A stretch of 64,000 nucleotides of DNA from NCBI GenBank assembly GCA_947459655.1, contig CANHEE010000001.1:39493-103492 (forward strand), given 5' to 3'. The DNA is from Lewinellaceae bacterium. GTDB taxonomy: Bacteria; Bacteroidota; Bacteroidia; Chitinophagales; Saprospiraceae. A program made the translations under genes and the position numbers. Shown here one piece after another: positions 36,540 through 45,935 of this stretch (position 1 is the stretch's first letter; each line of letters opens with the position of its first letter). The notes under the pieces are model-generated. The model did not search any database and had not been told where the DNA came from. It was given only the letters and a program-made list of their open reading frames with translations.

Positions 36540-37733
36540 TTAATTTTGTCCCGATGAGACCGTGATTCTCGTTCTGTAGGCGAGTAAAGCCGGAATCAGT
36601 CCGGATACGAGACCAATCAGCACTGCAACTGCGAAAAGTACAAGCTCGCCGGGTAGAAAAGTCAGGCCTTCAAAAGAATAGCGATAAGCATTTTTGACGT
36701 AATTTCCGAAGAGGAACATTGCCCCGTGACTAATGGCAAAGCCTACAATGCTCCCGACAAGTGCGAGAATGCCGGCTTCAGCCATAATCAATCCGAACAA
36801 CCTTCCGCTGGAAGCCCCCATAACCCTCATCAGTGCGAGTTCGTTTTTCCGCTCTTTCAGGGCGTTCAAAAGTGCCAGAAAAATGCTTACGCCCGAGACA
36901 AGTATGATGGAAAATGCCAGCATGCGAAGCATTTTTTCACCGGTGCCGAGTATAACGTAAAGTCTGTTCATCTCAATTGCGGGGACAGCCGCTTGCATAT
37001 CGGTATGCTCATTTATGTTTCTGGGCAGATTCAGTACCTGAAAGTTTGCCCTGTTTCTATATTTTAATAGGAGTGCCGTAATGGATTTTTCGCTGTTTTC
37101 GTGTTCCTCTTTATGGTCGGAGTGAACCATCCAGATGCTTTCGATCGGGGTCAGTATTAGTTGGTCAAGTACTGCACCTCCAGGACTGAATATGCCGCAG
37201 ACCCTGAATTTTTGCCCGTGACTGTTTTCGCCGTCTCCCTGAAGCAGTCCGTGCTCACTGTAGAATTCGTCACCAATCTTTAGTCCCGCATTTTTGCTGA
37301 CTTCGTATCCGATGCATGCTTCCATGGCCTTTCCGAACATTGTTCCTTGTTCCAATCCGGCAGAATATAACCCTGGAAACTCCTGAGTGGTTCCCACAAT
37401 GCGAAAACCCCTGTAGTTGTCTCCTACTGAAACTGGAACAGCCGCAGATATCAGTGGATGGGCGGGGTTCATAAACGCCTGCACAGCAGAAAGTTTGATG
37501 TTTCCGGTCGGATTATCGATATGATATAAATTGCAGAGAATCAACTGCAGCGGGCTGCCCTTTGCACCTATAATCAGGTCTACTCCGGCAAGGTTTTTTT
37601 CAAAATTTTGTTGCAAGCGATGCTGTACCTGCAACAGAAAAGAAATCAATCCCACACCCAGTGCAAACAGCAGCAGACTGAGCACGGAATGGAATTTATT
37701 GAACCAGGCATTTTTCCAGGCAATCCTGAACAT
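36540..37733 (-). CDS. ABC transporter permease, FtsX/MacB-like
   Basis: An N-terminal TM helix, a large periplasmic domain, and a C-terminal 3-TM FtsX domain. Confidence 0.8.
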   Translation of the reverse strand: MFRIAWKNAWFNKFHSVLSLLLFALGVGLISFLLQVQHRLQQNFEKNLAGVDLIIGAKGSPLQLILCNLYHIDNPTGNIKLSAVQAFMNPAHPLISAAVPVSVGDNYRGFRIVGTTQEFPGLYSAGLEQGTMFGKAMEACIGYEVSKNAGLKIGDEFYSEHGLLQGDGENSHGQKFRVCGIFSPGGAVLDQLILTPIESIWMVHSDHKEEHENSEKSITALLLKYRNRANFQVLNLPRNINEHTDMQAAVPAIEMNRLYVILGTGEKMLRMLAFSIILVSGVSIFLALLNALKERKNELALMRVMGASSGRLFGLIMAEAGILALVGSIVGFAISHGAMFLFGNYVKNAYRYSFEGLTFLPGELVLFAVAVLIGLVSGLIPALLAYRTRITVSSGQN

Positions 37734-37760
37734 AGGTTTTCTGTTGTTTACGGCAGTGAA

Positions 37761-38387
37761 TTACAATTGTATCTGTTGGGATATCCTGCTTTTTAAGCGA
37801 TTGTCATGGGTAACGACGATGAGTCCGGAATTACACTGCGCAGCATTTTTTTCCAGTAGATCCATTACTGCAGTGCAGTTGTCATCGTCCAACGCTGATG
37901 TTGGCTCGTCGGCCAGAACAATTGCCGGTTGGTTGATTAGCGCGCGTGCGATGGCAACGCGCTGCTGTTCCCCCTGGCTAAGTGTGTACGGCATTCGATT
38001 GATTTTATCCGCCATTTGAAGTGCGTCAAGCATCTCCAGAATGCCCTTCCGGGAAGGTTTGGCATCAGCCAGCGTCTGTGCGAGTGCAATGTTTTCTCCT
38101 ACATTGAGGGCGGCGACGAAATAGTGTTTCTGAAAAACAAAGCCGATATTGTTGCCTCTGAATCGGTCGAGCTGTTTCTTCTTCAGTGTGGAAAGGTCTG
38201 TGTCCCGGATGCAGATTTTTCCTGTTGAAGGCCGCAGCAGTCCGCCAAGTAAGTGCAGCAGTGTGGTTTTTCCCGTTCCTGATTTGCCCAGAACAAGACA
38301 CTGCTCTCCTTCACCCAGCATTAAGTCGTTGAAGCGCAGGGTAGTTTTGTTGTCGTAGCTGAAACTAAGGTTTCTGGTTTCTATCAT
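37761..38387 (-). CDS. ABC transporter ATP-binding protein
   Basis: Walker A (GKSGTGKTT), signature (LSQGEQQRVAIARA) and Walker B (VLADEPTSALD). Confidence 0.9.
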   Translation of the reverse strand: MIETRNLSFSYDNKTTLRFNDLMLGEGEQCLVLGKSGTGKTTLLHLLGGLLRPSTGKICIRDTDLSTLKKKQLDRFRGNNIGFVFQKHYFVAALNVGENIALAQTLADAKPSRKGILEMLDALQMADKINRMPYTLSQGEQQRVAIARALINQPAIVLADEPTSALDDDNCTAVMDLLEKNAAQCNSGLIVVTHDNRLKSRISQQIQL

Positions 38388-38571
38388 TATTTCTTGGAAG
38401 AAAACAAAGTTGGGATCGATATGGTTTCGTTCTCCACACGCCTTGGAGAATGGCTCAATTCCGTTCTAAAAAACAGTTTTACCATCTCCAGCACAACCAA
38501 ATCCGTGTGGATTTGTTTCAAGCACAAATTATAAATACTTTTCATCAATACTAAATTCACAATTTGCAATT

Positions 38572-39414
38572 ATGAAAAAAATACTTTTCCTTGCTATTTC
38601 AGTCCTTTTTACCCTCAGTATGGAAGCACAAATCAAAGCTCCGCAGCCTAGTCCTGTTGGTAAAATTACCCAGACCGTCGGACTCACTGAAATCAATATT
38701 GAATATTCAAGACCCAGCATGAAGGGTCGTAAAATTTTCGGTGGACTGGTGCCGTACAATGAGTTGTGGAGAACCGGAGCCAACGCATCTACAAAAGTCA
38801 CTTTCAGTGAAAACGTGAAAATTGCGGGACAGGAACTTAAGAAAGGCACCTACGCCATTTTTTCAATTCCCGGTGAAAAAGAATGGACGATTATCATTCA
38901 CAAGAATCTTGATCACTGGGGAACGGATGACTACAAGCAGGAGGAAGATGTTTTTCGCCTGATGGTCAAGCCGGTATCTCTTTCTGCTCCGGTTGAATCA
39001 TTTACCATGTCAGTTGACAACCTGAAAAATGCATCATGTGAAATTACGATGGCTTGGGAAAAAACCTCAGTTTCCATCCCGGTTTCACTTAGCACAGACG
39101 ATGCGATGGTCAGCAGTATTAAAAAAGCAATGGACGGACCATCAGCGGGAGACTACTATGCAGCTGCAAGATACTATCACGAAGAGAACAAGGATGCCAA
39201 ACAGGCATTGGAGTGGGTCAACAAGAGTCTTGAAAAAGGCGGAGAAAAATTCTGGATCCTCCGTCTGAAGGCATTGTTGCAGGCAAAAACAGGTGATTTT
39301 GCAGGCGCTATTGCCACTGCGGAGCGTTCGAGTGAACTTGCCAAAAAAGAGGAGAATGCAGATTATCCCAGAATGAATGACGATTCTATTAAAGAGTGGA
39401 AATCCAGAAAGTAA
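38572..39414 (+). CDS. DUF2911-domain protein with TPR-like C-terminus
   Basis: Signal peptide, then YSRPSMKGRKIFGGLVPYNELWRTGAN, which is characteristic of DUF2911. Confidence 0.7.
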   Translation: MKKILFLAISVLFTLSMEAQIKAPQPSPVGKITQTVGLTEINIEYSRPSMKGRKIFGGLVPYNELWRTGANASTKVTFSENVKIAGQELKKGTYAIFSIPGEKEWTIIIHKNLDHWGTDDYKQEEDVFRLMVKPVSLSAPVESFTMSVDNLKNASCEITMAWEKTSVSIPVSLSTDDAMVSSIKKAMDGPSAGDYYAAARYYHEENKDAKQALEWVNKSLEKGGEKFWILRLKALLQAKTGDFAGAIATAERSSELAKKEENADYPRMNDDSIKEWKSRK

Positions 39415-39702
39415 TTATTCTGATTGACGTTCCAATTGTCTGCCAATGAGCTTAATCTGAAATTCGACGATAGAGTCGCAAAGCTTTTTCACCCTTTGAT
39501 TGAATTGTGCGTTGCAGGAATCATTGAGGTTTTTTCCCAGCAGCATGATTTCCTTGTTTGAAACAGAGTCAATGAAAAGCTGGTCGGAGGCATTCAGATG
39601 ATAGGGCTCGTTGGTACAGGATGTACACATAAAAACAGTTAAAAGACCCGCCGCCAGGTAAATGCAGCGGGTCTTTTTATTTAGAGAAGTATTACTGATC
39701 AT
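39415..39702 (-). CDS. hypothetical small lipoprotein (start uncertain)
   Basis: N-terminus with a basic region, a hydrophobic core and Cys residues (LLTVFMCTSC). However, codons 9-21 coincide with a strong terminator hairpin. No recognisable domain. Confidence 0.35.
   Translation of the reverse strand: MISNTSLNKKTRCIYLAAGLLTVFMCTSCTNEPYHLNASDQLFIDSVSNKEIMLLGKNLNDSCNAQFNQRVKKLCDSIVEFQIKLIGRQLERQSE
39641..39678 (-). terminator. intrinsic terminator after the amidase gene
   Basis: GACCCGC (39645-39651) pairs with GCGGGTC (39667-39673), flanked by A4 and T5 runs. It begins 14 nt past the amidase stop codon. Confidence 0.65.
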
Positions 39703-40918
39703 TTTTGATTTTTTCTTTGGCTGTTCTCACATCTATTCGATTTTCTCCTTCGTAGGCACACACAAAAGCACCTGCGAATCCGGATTTAGATAGTTTTCTG
39801 GCCATTTCCAGTGCGCTTTCGTAACTATTGAATCCGACCACCAGGTATTTGTATAATTTGTTTTCTCGGCGGATTTCTATTTCCCGAGTAAGGTTCCATT
39901 TTTCATCTGAGCCTGTGTCCAGCTTATCGGGTGATGAAGCAATCTGCACCTTGAATGCAATCTGCTGCTTGCTTTTTTCTTCCCTTTTTACCGGATTTGA
40001 TACCTCGACAACCTTCGCCTCTGATGCCTCTGATGATTTGCGCGACCGATTTTCTTTTCCTGCATATATTTTTCTTCTGCCCTCTACTTCGTATTTGTAG
40101 GTGCAAAATGCCTTGAAAATGGCTCTGGCTTCCGTTTCCTGCCCTTCTCTGCTGCTCAGAAAGGCCTCTTCCCTGGGATTACTCAGAAATCCGGTTTCAA
40201 CCAGGATACTGGGCATGCTGGTTTGACGAAGTACCAGAAAACCGGCCTGTTTGACGCCATGACTTCTTCTGTTTGCCGTATTTTCAAGTTCGTTTTCGAT
40301 TTCTTCAGCCAGATGCATGCTCCTTGTAAGATACGATGACTGCCATGCTGTGAGCAAAATGTTCGCTTCCGGTGCATCCCAGCCATCACCATATTTGGAT
40401 ACATAATTATCTTCCATAAGGATGGACTGGTTTTCCCTTTTTGCGACGGCCAGATTGGCTTTTGTCCTCTCCAGTCCGAGAACGTAGGTTTCAGAACCAT
40501 GGAAATCAGAATGGTTAGGAACGAAATTACAGTGAATAGAGATAAAAAGATCAGCCTTGTTGCGGTTGGCAATATTGGCCCGTTCATCGAGTGGAATGAA
40601 AACATCCTCATCACGGGTATAAATGACCCGGATATGTGGAAATTTGGATTTTATCATCTCCCCGATTGCAAGTGCAATTTTCAGGGTTATGTCTTTTTCC
40701 TGTTTACCGGAAACGCCCAAACAACCAGAGTCCTTACCGCCATGTCCTGCATCTATTACCACTCTTTTGATGACATAGGAAGTGTCGCCAAATGAAAATA
40801 GTGGGTTTGTTTCAGGAAAAATAGTGGTGTAATGGTTCGAAGCGGCAGCAAAAGCCATCTGAAACAACTGCAGAAAAACCAGCAGACAAAAACTTCTCAA
40901 CAGCGACCGATTTACCAT
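39692..40918 (-). CDS. N-acetylmuramoyl-L-alanine amidase with C-terminal SPOR domain
   Basis: Amidase_3 motifs (VVIDAGHGGKDSG, ISIHCN, ETGFLSN). The C-terminal FKVQIASS ... YKYLVVGFNSYESA is SPOR-like. Start set at ATG 40918. Confidence 0.85.
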   Translation of the reverse strand: MVNRSLLRSFCLLVFLQLFQMAFAAASNHYTTIFPETNPLFSFGDTSYVIKRVVIDAGHGGKDSGCLGVSGKQEKDITLKIALAIGEMIKSKFPHIRVIYTRDEDVFIPLDERANIANRNKADLFISIHCNFVPNHSDFHGSETYVLGLERTKANLAVAKRENQSILMEDNYVSKYGDGWDAPEANILLTAWQSSYLTRSMHLAEEIENELENTANRRSHGVKQAGFLVLRQTSMPSILVETGFLSNPREEAFLSSREGQETEARAIFKAFCTYKYEVEGRRKIYAGKENRSRKSSEASEAKVVEVSNPVKREEKSKQQIAFKVQIASSPDKLDTGSDEKWNLTREIEIRRENKLYKYLVVGFNSYESALEMARKLSKSGFAGAFVCAYEGENRIDVRTAKEKIKNDQ

Positions 40919-41022
40919 ATTCTCGCAGACTAAAAAGATTATGCGGAAAAACAAATTCGTGGGATCGACAAAAGAAACAACAAAGAAGCAATAAAAAAGG
41001 TATGACTACCCGTTAAAACCCC

Positions 41023-41030
41023 TACTTTTG
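41023..41030 (+). promoter_or_regulatory. Bacteroidota-type -7 box (TACTTTTG)
   Basis: Matches TAnnTTTG 38 nt upstream of the LptD-like start. Confidence 0.3.
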
Positions 41031-41067
41031 TGTCCGTAATGTATACAACGCCGGAAAATAAAGTATA

Positions 41068-43812
41068 TTGAATACAAAGATAAAGATATTTTATTTTTTT
41101 ATAACATTTTTTCCGTTTTGGGCACAGGGGCAGAAGCCGCCTGATCCGAAGGCGGATGCTATTCAGATTGGCATCAGGGGAAAAGCGGCGCAGACCAGTA
41201 TCGATACGCTAGGAAAAGATAGCCTGAAAGTCAACATCGTAAAAGACATACCCGTTTCCAAAGATGCCCTGGACGATCCGGTTGATTATGAGGCGCAGGA
41301 TTCCATAATTTTTGACAACAAAAGCGGCCTTGTACACCTGTATAGAAATGCTTTTGTAAAATTCCAGACCATTGAAGTTCGGGCCGGATATATTGTTTTG
41401 AATATCAGAGAAAATCTGGCCACAGCAGAACCGCTGAAGACGGAAACAGCTCTACAGCAGGGAATGCCGGATTTCAAAGACAAGGACCAGAATTTCAAGG
41501 CGTCCAAAATGAAATACAATTTCCGGACAAAAAAAGGAATAGTGTATGATGTCAGCACGCTTCAGCAGAACCTCCACGTACTAGGTGAAAAGACCAAATT
41601 CGTCAGCGGCAGTGCCACCTCCGACACAACAGACACAGACATTATCTACAGCAAGGATGCTATTTTAACTACCTGCGATGATCCTAATCCGCACTACGGA
41701 ATCAGGGCCGGCAAAATAAAGGTGCTTGCCAACAAACTGGTGGTAGTCGGTCCTTCAAACCTGGAAATTGGAGGTGTCCCCACGCCGATATGGTTGCCCT
41801 TCGGTTTTTATCCGGTTTCGAAAAACAAGCACACCGGACTTTTATTTCCCACAAACTATGGTTTTCAGCCCAATCTGGGAATAGGTGTACAGGGACTAGG
41901 ATGGTATTTTCCGATGGGTCAGCACTACAATTTACAAGTGCGCGCCGATTATTATACCCGTGGAAACTGGGGTCTTTACACCATAACCGATTACCGCTAC
42001 CGCTACAAGTTTAACGGAAGTTTTCGGCTTTCCTTCAACAATGTGGCCAGCGAACGCCTGGGATACCTTGAAAAAGACAATGTGCGTACGTTTTCCCTAC
42101 TCTGGAATCATACCCAGGATGCGGCTGCGCGCGCCAATCAGAGTTTCAGTGCCAATGTCAATATTTCTACCAATGCGGGATCAATACAGCGAAATCTGAC
42201 TTATGATTACCGCTCGGCAACCAAAAATATACTTACCTCCGGGGTTAACTTTTCACGTCGTTTTACCGGAAAACCATATGGTTTTAATTCCGGCTTTACA
42301 CACAACCAAAATACCCAGGACCATCGAATGAATCTTGGTTTCATAGCCAATTTTCCGACACAAGCTATGTTTCCGTTTCGCAAGGCAAAAAGCCTGCATT
42401 ACGCTGACGGACTGAATGATTTTCTGGACCAGTTTTCCGTGAATTATAATGCCAGGGCTGAGGCCAGACTCAGCACTATAGATTCGCTTTTGTTGCGAAA
42501 GGATAGTTTTACAAAAATCAGAAAAGGTCTGAGCCACAATGTAAGTGCCAATGCGCCCGTCAAAGTTTTCAAATACATTCTGGTGTCGCCCAATGCCAAT
42601 TTTGGGCAGACTTTTTTCTTTGACAGAATAAAGAAGATTTACAGGGATACTGTCATCGGCAAGAACGAAGGCAAAATAGATACCCTACGCTATGCAGATC
42701 TTGTACCAGTCAATACTTTTGATATGGGTATCAGCTTCAACACCACGGTCATCGGTACAAAGCAGTTCAGGCGCAGTTTTTTTAGGGGCATCAGACACAA
42801 AATGAACATTAGCGGCGGCTTTTCCTATGTGCCCGTACTCAGTCGCCAAAGCTGGTTTGACTCTGTCAGACAGGTGAGGCCCGTGTCAGCTGGCGCAAAC
42901 CAGCGCGTTCAGTACCAACGTTACAGCATTTTCGAAGGGAGCATAAATCAGGTGTTCGATCCCGGCATACATCCAAGGGCCAGCAAGACACTGTACTTCA
43001 ATCTTTCCAATACCGTAGAAGCAAAAATCAAGGGACGAAGCGATTCCGTGGCGAAGCGAATCCGCATACTGGACAATTTCAATATCCCGATTAGTTTTAA
43101 TCTGGCAAATGATTCGATGAAAATGGCTCAACCAATCAGCATGGGATTGACCAATAATTTTTTCAAGGGACTGGTCAATGTGCAGCTGAACTGGAACATT
43201 ACCCCTTACGACCGGGAAAAAGATGTTTACGGACAGTGGAAATATACGAATCAGAAAATTTGGAAAACGCAGTCGCTGCTCAGTGCCGGCTCGCTGAGAA
43301 TTCCCAAACCATTTGCCCTTAGCAGTGGTAGTTTGAATATCGCAACAGGTTTTACCATCAAACAACTGATGGATTATATTTCAGGAAAGGAGAAAAGCCC
43401 CGAACAGCAAAGTAATCAGGAAGCCACTGCGATCGGCGAACTCCGTAATATCACGGCATTGGTGGAAAACTTCAACATCCGGTACAATTATGCCATTGAT
43501 TTCAGCAGGAACACCTTTTCAGGAAGGGATACCATCTACACCAGCGCACATCAGGTGGGTGTTAGTGGAAACATACCGCTCAGCCAGAACTGGTCGGTAA
43601 ACATAGGAAACATCGGTTACGATTTTAAAAACAGGGGATTACCCTACATTGACCTGGGCATTACCAGAAATCTGCACTGTTGGGAACTCAGTGGCAGCTG
43701 GCAGCCAACCCGAAACAGTTTTTTCTTTACCCTCAGGGTAAAACAATCTCCGCTGGACTTCCTGAAATTACCCATCCAAAAGGGAAATGCCAACTCTTTC
43801 CGAGGTTTTTAG
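41068..43812 (+). CDS. LptD/OstA-like outer-membrane LPS-assembly protein (Bacteroidota type)
   Basis: 914 aa. TTG start as tracked, signal peptide, an OstA-like N-terminal segment (DYEAQDSIIFDNKSGLVHLYRNAFVKFQTIEVRAGYIVLN), and a long beta-rich C-terminus ending in F. Confidence 0.65.
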   Translation: MNTKIKIFYFFITFFPFWAQGQKPPDPKADAIQIGIRGKAAQTSIDTLGKDSLKVNIVKDIPVSKDALDDPVDYEAQDSIIFDNKSGLVHLYRNAFVKFQTIEVRAGYIVLNIRENLATAEPLKTETALQQGMPDFKDKDQNFKASKMKYNFRTKKGIVYDVSTLQQNLHVLGEKTKFVSGSATSDTTDTDIIYSKDAILTTCDDPNPHYGIRAGKIKVLANKLVVVGPSNLEIGGVPTPIWLPFGFYPVSKNKHTGLLFPTNYGFQPNLGIGVQGLGWYFPMGQHYNLQVRADYYTRGNWGLYTITDYRYRYKFNGSFRLSFNNVASERLGYLEKDNVRTFSLLWNHTQDAAARANQSFSANVNISTNAGSIQRNLTYDYRSATKNILTSGVNFSRRFTGKPYGFNSGFTHNQNTQDHRMNLGFIANFPTQAMFPFRKAKSLHYADGLNDFLDQFSVNYNARAEARLSTIDSLLLRKDSFTKIRKGLSHNVSANAPVKVFKYILVSPNANFGQTFFFDRIKKIYRDTVIGKNEGKIDTLRYADLVPVNTFDMGISFNTTVIGTKQFRRSFFRGIRHKMNISGGFSYVPVLSRQSWFDSVRQVRPVSAGANQRVQYQRYSIFEGSINQVFDPGIHPRASKTLYFNLSNTVEAKIKGRSDSVAKRIRILDNFNIPISFNLANDSMKMAQPISMGLTNNFFKGLVNVQLNWNITPYDREKDVYGQWKYTNQKIWKTQSLLSAGSLRIPKPFALSSGSLNIATGFTIKQLMDYISGKEKSPEQQSNQEATAIGELRNITALVENFNIRYNYAIDFSRNTFSGRDTIYTSAHQVGVSGNIPLSQNWSVNIGNIGYDFKNRGLPYIDLGITRNLHCWELSGSWQPTRNSFFFTLRVKQSPLDFLKLPIQKGNANSFRGF

Positions 43813-44074
43813 TGTAATTCAGCGCAAAAACAAGTTAAAAGGCGCGCTAAACCAATTAAAAAGCCTCGTTACTATTGACAAAAACTGCAAAAGAACTTAA
43901 ATTGCCCACGATTTGGGATTGCAGGGTTATCGATATCAAACGTTTTTCCTCCTTTCCAATAAAAGCGGTCTGCCCCTGAATACCGAAACTTAACACGCAT
44001 CCAAAAGCCTGGCCATCTTTAACCTGATTCAGTTCATTCGTTCAAATGCCGGCGAGAAAATACTGTTAAAAAGT

Positions 44075-44482
44075 ATGGATAGATATCTACCACAAACGCT
44101 AAAATTATCCTCCTCTCCCCAGACCATTTCCACTGTTCTTCACTATATAGAAGATATATCGAAAAGCTACTGCCTGTCTCCTGACAAGCATTTTGACGTT
44201 GTTACCTGCATCACTGAGGCAGTAAACAATGCCATTGTCCACGGCAACGCATGTGATTGCAGCAAAAGTGTTCATCTCAGCGTGCTGCAGAAAAAAGATG
44301 TGCTCGCTATTCATGTGAGCGATGAAGGAAATGGCTTTGATTATGAAAATTTACCGGACCCGACTTCGCCAGAGCATGTTGAAAACATAGGCGGTCGAGG
44401 TGTTTACCTTATCAGACAACTTTCCCATAGGGTTTCCTTCCTCAACAACGGCAGCACCGTTGAAATGGAGTTCAAGTTATAA
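44075..44482 (+). CDS. HATPase_c-type anti-sigma factor / Ser kinase (RsbW/SpoIIAB-like)
   Basis: N-box ITEAVNNAIVHGN, G1 box DEGNGFD and G2 box GGRGVYLI. 135 aa. Confidence 0.75.
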   Translation: MDRYLPQTLKLSSSPQTISTVLHYIEDISKSYCLSPDKHFDVVTCITEAVNNAIVHGNACDCSKSVHLSVLQKKDVLAIHVSDEGNGFDYENLPDPTSPEHVENIGGRGVYLIRQLSHRVSFLNNGSTVEMEFKL

Positions 44483-44505
44483 CATTTTCTCCGGAAATCT
44501 ACTGC

Positions 44506-45228
44506 TTAAAAAATGGTGAAAACGGCCGGTCTCTTGTGCAGAGCGGGGACGGCTTCTTTTTTCCACTCTGCAACTGTTTTGACGGCAATGTACTCCGTTT
44601 CAGTCGTTAGGTCCATAGCTATACCCATTTTTGTAGTGCCCTGCAGGTGTAGGAGAGCCTCCTGAAAAACGTTCCTGTTCCGGTAAGGGGTTTCAATAAA
44701 AACCTGTGTTTGAGCGTATTTTTTCGCCTGTGTTTCCAGGCGCCTAAGGTCGGTCGACAGTCCGGTTTTTTTCGCATCGAGATAACCATGAAACGCGAAC
44801 GATTGTCCATTCATTCCCGATGCCATCAGTGCCAGCAATATCGAAGATGGTCCAACAAGAGGTCTGACGCGGACTCCGATTTTGTGTGCTAGGGCAACCA
44901 CCGCAGCTCCTGGGTCTGCGACACCGGGACAACCGGCGTCTGATAAGAGTCCGACAGATTTTCCTTTTCTAATGCATTCCTGAAATCCCTCAAGCGCGCT
45001 CTGTTTGTCGTGTTCGTTCAGTTCAAACATGGTGAGGGAGGGAAGCACAATAGTGGGCGCCATGGCTTTCAGGTGATGCCTCGCCGTTTTGGCATGTTCA
45101 ACGATGAAACAATCGAGTCCTGTGATGATCTCGGCTACATAGGCAGGAATGCTTTGGGTGCTGTTGTCACCGAGCGGTGTTGGGATAAGGAAGAGCACAG
45201 GGCTGTTTTTTTCACTCATTTTGACCAT
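44506..45228 (-). CDS. tetrapyrrole-methylase-fold SAM-dependent methyltransferase (RsmI-like)
   Basis: LFLIPTPLGDN N-terminus and LLSDAGCPGVADPG motif. The start is at Met 45228 or 45219; the tracked extension to 45366 would overlap the divergent rfbC start. Confidence 0.75.
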   Translation of the reverse strand: MVKMSEKNSPVLFLIPTPLGDNSTQSIPAYVAEIITGLDCFIVEHAKTARHHLKAMAPTIVLPSLTMFELNEHDKQSALEGFQECIRKGKSVGLLSDAGCPGVADPGAAVVALAHKIGVRVRPLVGPSSILLALMASGMNGQSFAFHGYLDAKKTGLSTDLRRLETQAKKYAQTQVFIETPYRNRNVFQEALLHLQGTTKMGIAMDLTTETEYIAVKTVAEWKKEAVPALHKRPAVFTIF

Positions 45229-45313
45229 TATTGAGCACCAAATTTCGTTATTTTCCCTGAATTTGTACATTTGCACTCGTAAAAATCCCCTTAGAATCCA
45301 AACAATATAGACA

Positions 45314-45853
45314 ATGCCATTTGCAGACACACCCATTCCCGACCTGAAAATTTTTGAGCCAATCATCTGGAGAGATGAGCGGGGATATTTTTACGAAAGT
45401 TTCAATGAAAAGACCTTTGCAGACGCGGGAATTACCAATCGATGGGTGCAGGACAACCAGGCCAGATCGTCGTTCGGTGTGCTTAGGGGGCTTCATTACC
45501 AGACCGGCGAGTATGCCCAGGCAAAACTGGTGCGGGTAATCGTTGGTTCGGTCTTTGATGTAGCAGTGGATATTCGGAAGGATTCAGAAACATACGGCCG
45601 GTGGTTTGGCGTGCTCCTAACCGGAGAAAACCAGAAGCAGCTATATGTGCCCCGCGGATTTGCACACGGCTATGTATGTCTGAGCGATGATGTCATTTTT
45701 GCCTACAAATGCGACAATTACTATGAGAAATCTGCGGAGGGAGGTCTGAGATACGATGATCCCACACTGCAGATTGATTGGCAAACAGACCTCAGTAATG
45801 CAATTGTTTCAGAGAAAGATCTTGCGCTTCCCCTTTTTGGAAATCACAGATAA
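45314..45853 (+). CDS. rfbC: dTDP-4-dehydrorhamnose 3,5-epimerase
   Basis: DERGYFYESF, LRGLHYQ and YVPRGFAHGY motifs. Confidence 0.9.
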   Translation: MPFADTPIPDLKIFEPIIWRDERGYFYESFNEKTFADAGITNRWVQDNQARSSFGVLRGLHYQTGEYAQAKLVRVIVGSVFDVAVDIRKDSETYGRWFGVLLTGENQKQLYVPRGFAHGYVCLSDDVIFAYKCDNYYEKSAEGGLRYDDPTLQIDWQTDLSNAIVSEKDLALPLFGNHR

Positions 45854-45935
45854 AACATCAACAAAAAGCCTGGTTTTACGTACTACTATTTGTGTGCCGA
45901 AGAATTAAATGATCACAGCGAAAACTTGAGCAGAG

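Noticed and set aside
43900-43990. STAS-like peptide fragments seen in two further reading frames upstream of the RsbW-like gene (VIDIKRFSSF, SNKSGLPL).
   Set aside because: Finding motif-like strings in several frames of the same 90 bp suggests pattern over-reading. Only the in-frame segment next to the ATG is kept, as a low-confidence note in the findings.
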